From the IMG/VR virus record IMGVR_UViG_3300015050_000934, positions 1-35,117 of that record: a DNA stretch of 35,117 nucleotides. One strand, 5' to 3'. A program made the position numbers and the translations under genes. The stretch is from a virus. Its lineage: Duplodnaviria; Caudoviricetes. The notes under the pieces are model-generated. The model saw only the letters and a list, made by a program, of their open reading frames with translations, ran no database searches and was not told the origin of the DNA. Of this stretch, positions 32,276 to 35,117 are shown piece after piece. Numbering within the stretch: the first letter of the stretch is position 1; each line of letters starts with the position of its first letter.

Positions 32276-32713
32276 CTAGGCATAGACTACGGTGAGGCCG
32301 AGAACGTCACCCGCGCCGATTGCCGTGTTGTTATTGTCCGCAGCACCCGTCACCATCCCGTAACCAATGCCTGTCGCAAAGCCGAACGGGACTTGGAACG
32401 AGAACGCAGCCGTAGCCGGAAGAGCATAGGTCAGGACCGGGGTATCAGTCCCCACGGTCGGAGCCGTCGCCTTGTTATAGAACTTCAGGTAAATCACGCC
32501 TGCCGAGGCATTGTAGCCGTTGACGCTATAGATCGCGCCAGCCGTTGCCTTAACCAGCGTCGCGTTGTTCGTCGCGGCACTCGACGGCAACCGGGCCGCA
32601 GTCGTGGAGGCCGACCCCGCACCGAACATAGACGTGACCGGGAAGGGCTTTTCGTAGCTGACCGGAACGTCATGGCCGTTCGGGCTTTCAAAGAAACGGT
32701 TAACGCCGCTCAT
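32276..32713 (-). CDS. Virion structural protein
   Basis: YLKFYNKATAPTVGTDTP motif, beta-rich, in the structural cluster. Confidence 0.7.
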   Translation of the reverse strand: MSGVNRFFESPNGHDVPVSYEKPFPVTSMFGAGSASTTAARLPSSAATNNATLVKATAGAIYSVNGYNASAGVIYLKFYNKATAPTVGTDTPVLTYALPATAAFSFQVPFGFATGIGYGMVTGAADNNNTAIGAGDVLGLTVVYA

Positions 32714-33408
32714 TGTGCATATCCTCTGTAAGGGTATTGCGGTTGAAGGAAGACAGACGACGGGCGGTCGAACCCACTAAGTTTATCGTAAAGCTCGCGG
32801 GCCATCGCGACAATCTTTGACGCAACAACCGGCCTAGTCTCGGTAATGCCGAACGTGTCCAGCAGACGAGCGGCGAGGTTATACGTCACCGTCTCACACC
32901 ACTCTTGCGGAACATCAATGTTCTGGTCGAGGTCCGTCACGTCCTCAATCACACGCGCCGTAGTGCAAAGGATGTTTGTCTCAATCGGCGGAACCGGCCA
33001 CAGCGTCATGGTCACCGAATCGCGCTTGCGACGGAAGTAGAAGATAGTGGGGCTTCCCGGCGCGGTCTTGTTCGGGAGGGTGATGTACTCACCGCGCTCC
33101 CACCGCGCCAGAATCCGCTGGAACGTCGGGTCAATCTCAACCCGCGCCTCTTGAACGTCCAGAACCCGAGGATCAAGCGTGACTGTCGCCGTATCAGCGG
33201 CAAACACAATCGTTTCCTCTTCCTCGCGCCAGAGGTTGCAGCCGTCAGCCTGCCAGCTTTTGAGCATCCATTGCAGTTGCGTAAGGCATTGCTCGCCGTC
33301 CGTACCAGACGGGGTTTCCCCACCACCCAGCACGGTAATCAGCGTCATGGCTTGGGTGATTACGTCCCGTGCCGTGAAGGTTTCTGAAATGCTGTTGCTA
33401 GTTGCCAT
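32710..33408 (-). CDS. Head-tail adaptor (P22 gp4-like)
   Basis: LQWMLKSWQADG, LWPVP, VPQEWCETVTYNLAARL. Confidence 0.8.
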   Translation of the reverse strand: MATSNSISETFTARDVITQAMTLITVLGGGETPSGTDGEQCLTQLQWMLKSWQADGCNLWREEEETIVFAADTATVTLDPRVLDVQEARVEIDPTFQRILARWERGEYITLPNKTAPGSPTIFYFRRKRDSVTMTLWPVPPIETNILCTTARVIEDVTDLDQNIDVPQEWCETVTYNLAARLLDTFGITETRPVVASKIVAMARELYDKLSGFDRPSSVFLQPQYPYRGYAQ

Positions 33409-33436
33409 GTGGCAACCCCTGCATTATCATCGGCGA

Positions 33437-33964
33437 ATGGAAAAGCCTTGCGTACAATGCGGCACGATAATCCCGAAGGTGGTGGCTAAGCAGAAATACT
33501 GCTCCCTCCCCTGCCTTTTGAAGCGACGCTTGGAAAAGCGCGATAGCGGATGTGTGGAGTGGGTTGGGCCGCGCACAACAACAGGCTACGGCTTGATAAA
33601 TATCGGGAAGATTCACAGCGTGCGTCCGGGTGTTTGGAAAGCTCACCGGCTTGTCTGGACTGTGACAAACGGCGAAATCCCCGATGGCGGACACCTTCTT
33701 CATTCGTGCGATAATCCGTTGTGCTGCAACGTCGAACACCTTCGCGTAGGAAGCGACGCCGACAACAAAGCTGACATGATGGCTCGCGGGCGCGTAGCGC
33801 GTGGGTCCGCGCTTCCTCACACCAAGCTCACCGTTGAGAAAGTTATAGATATTCGCCGCCGTGCGGCTGGCGGCGAGAGAAACAAAGACCTCGCGAAAGC
33901 TTTTTCCCTCGACCAATCGACCGTCTCGCAGATCGTAAGCCGAAAGCGCTGGAGCTACGTTTAG
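33437..33964 (+). CDS. HNH homing endonuclease, antisense to the late operon
   Basis: GCVEWVG...GYG...AHRLVW...LHSCDNPLCCNVEHL...DNKADM, C-terminal HTH, N-terminal CxxC..YCS..C. Confidence 0.9.
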   Translation: MEKPCVQCGTIIPKVVAKQKYCSLPCLLKRRLEKRDSGCVEWVGPRTTTGYGLINIGKIHSVRPGVWKAHRLVWTVTNGEIPDGGHLLHSCDNPLCCNVEHLRVGSDADNKADMMARGRVARGSALPHTKLTVEKVIDIRRRAAGGERNKDLAKAFSLDQSTVSQIVSRKRWSYV

Positions 33965-33975
33965 GGTCGCCATCG

Positions 33976-34251
33976 CTACAGGTCTTCCGGCAAAACAGGA
34001 TCGTTGACGTCGATAAACAGGTTATCGGGACGCGGACGAATATCGGGAAGCGGCACACCCTCTGGACCCACATCAGGGGCCGTCAGAATGGCTGGCCGAG
34101 GGTCCCAACACGTATCAAGGCAAACCATCAGGCCCGTCCATTCCTTCGCTACGTCAGAGCGACGGCGCTTAAAACTGCACCTATCGCAAATTGCCCAGAC
34201 CCCGCCGGGAACGTAGTTGGGTGCGCCTCTGGTATCTGGACGGATGCTCAC
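33976..34251 (-). CDS. Conserved small Cys-rich head-region protein
   Basis: ICDRCSF...EWTGLMVCLDTCWDPRP. Confidence 0.8.
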   Translation of the reverse strand: MSIRPDTRGAPNYVPGGVWAICDRCSFKRRRSDVAKEWTGLMVCLDTCWDPRPAILTAPDVGPEGVPLPDIRPRPDNLFIDVNDPVLPEDL

Positions 34252-34913
34252 CGCGAAGCCTCCAGATAGCGGATCGCCGATTGAAGGCGCTCCACGCTAT
34301 CGCCAAACGCACCAAGCGAACGATTGCAAGGAGTGCAAAGAAGCCCCCTGATCTTTCTAGTGGTGTGGCAATGATCCACGGCGAGTGACCTGCTTTTGTC
34401 TTTCCGATGACAGATGGCGCAAACACCATTCTGCTTAACAAGGCGCTCTGCATAGTCCTCCAAGGATATACCAAAGCTTTTCTTTAAATCGTAGCCCTTG
34501 GATCGGACGGGGTTTTTTGCCCGCCATTTCCGCTGTTGCAGCGCCCTCCATTCCCGATCCTCTGTAAGCTCAGGGCGCGTCGCCCGCTCAAACCAAAAGA
34601 AGTTGTCAGGCCCAAACGGCTTTCTAGGGTCTAGCCGCTTTAGGTGGAAATCGCCCTCTGGTCTTTCTCCCACGTCCTCAAGAAAGGCGTAAAAGTCATC
34701 CCATCGGTCTTCGCGGCCCTCTGCCACTCTCTTTGTGCCCCGCCACGCGTGGTTAAGCGGATGCTTGTTTCTGTCGCCCCAATCGTCGGGCCTCGTAACC
34801 TTGAAGGCGTCTCCGTGATGCCTCCACCTTGAATAATGCGTCTCGCACAAATGCCGCGCCACTGACGGCTTCTGGCAGACAATACACGGGGGTCCGGGGT
34901 TTTTCCTAGGCAT
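34248..34913 (-). CDS. Endonuclease VII-like homing endonuclease
   Basis: FGISLEDY...QNGVCAIC...LAVDHCHTTRKIRGLLCTPCNRSLG, N-terminal CxxC...LCETHY zinc finger. Confidence 0.88.
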   Translation of the reverse strand: MPRKNPGPPCIVCQKPSVARHLCETHYSRWRHHGDAFKVTRPDDWGDRNKHPLNHAWRGTKRVAEGREDRWDDFYAFLEDVGERPEGDFHLKRLDPRKPFGPDNFFWFERATRPELTEDREWRALQQRKWRAKNPVRSKGYDLKKSFGISLEDYAERLVKQNGVCAICHRKDKSRSLAVDHCHTTRKIRGLLCTPCNRSLGAFGDSVERLQSAIRYLEASR

Positions 34914-34969
34914 AAGCCAGAGACTAACACTAGACCCCCGTGGTTGCAATTATTGGAGTGGCGCTCTAC

Positions 34970-35116
34970 TCAACTTCCGGCCACCCCAAAAGCCCCGCGC
35001 CAGTCGCCCCATCCGGGAACGAAACGAGCGGTAGCCTTGGCCTTCAGGTTCTCGGTGTCGAAGTCGTTGTCGCGCTCAAGCTCGACTTCACGACGCCACA
35101 GAGACTTCAGGCCACC
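34970..35116 (-). CDS. 3' end of the major capsid protein gene (truncated by window edge)
   Basis: GGLKSLWRREVELERDNDFDTENLKAKATARFVPGWGDWRGAFGVAGS*, resembling the DFDT.N..KA..R...GW.DWRG C-terminus of Mu gpT-like capsids. Confidence 0.8.
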   Translation of the reverse strand, partial: GGLKSLWRREVELERDNDFDTENLKAKATARFVPGWGDWRGAFGVAGS

Positions 35117-35117
35117 C

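Noticed and set aside
31407-32731. Plus-strand ORFs of 290 aa and 164 aa
   Set aside because: Antisense to the gp10-like and neighbouring structural genes, with Arg-rich shadow composition.

Overview
About 35 kb of a GC-rich tailed dsDNA phage genome with podovirus-type (P22-like) tail and ejection genes. Promoter style and gene content suggest an alphaproteobacterial, possibly Caulobacteraceae, host (inference). Left to right: terminase large subunit with a LAGLIDADG intein, terminase small subunit, a leftward early/recombination arm (ERF, SSB-like, many small ORFs), a divergent promoter region at ~9.4-9.5 kb with no recognisable CI repressor, and a rightward arm (GIY-YIG/HTH, DUF1064 nuclease, PAPS-reductase-like, HNH, DnaA-C, HTH, DNA methyltransferase, DUF1376 replication protein, accessory ORFs). 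A leftward late arm follows: spanins, GH108 endolysin, holin-like genes, tailspike, three ejection proteins, gp14/gp10/gp4-like genes, two free-standing endonucleases and the 3' end of the major capsid gene. Portal, scaffold and most of the capsid gene lie outside the window. I saw no integrase, tRNA or CRISPR array. The most notable unexplained signal is two unrelated accessory genes 11 kb apart, each bracketed by an inverted pair of ~31-36 bp sites (GGTTCA-core-TACC...GGTA-hairpin-TGAACC), which suggests a gene-cassette mobility system. There are also several candidate antisense structured RNAs, a shared promoter-leader motif and paralogous microproteins. All calls come from reading the sequence by eye; no database searches were run.
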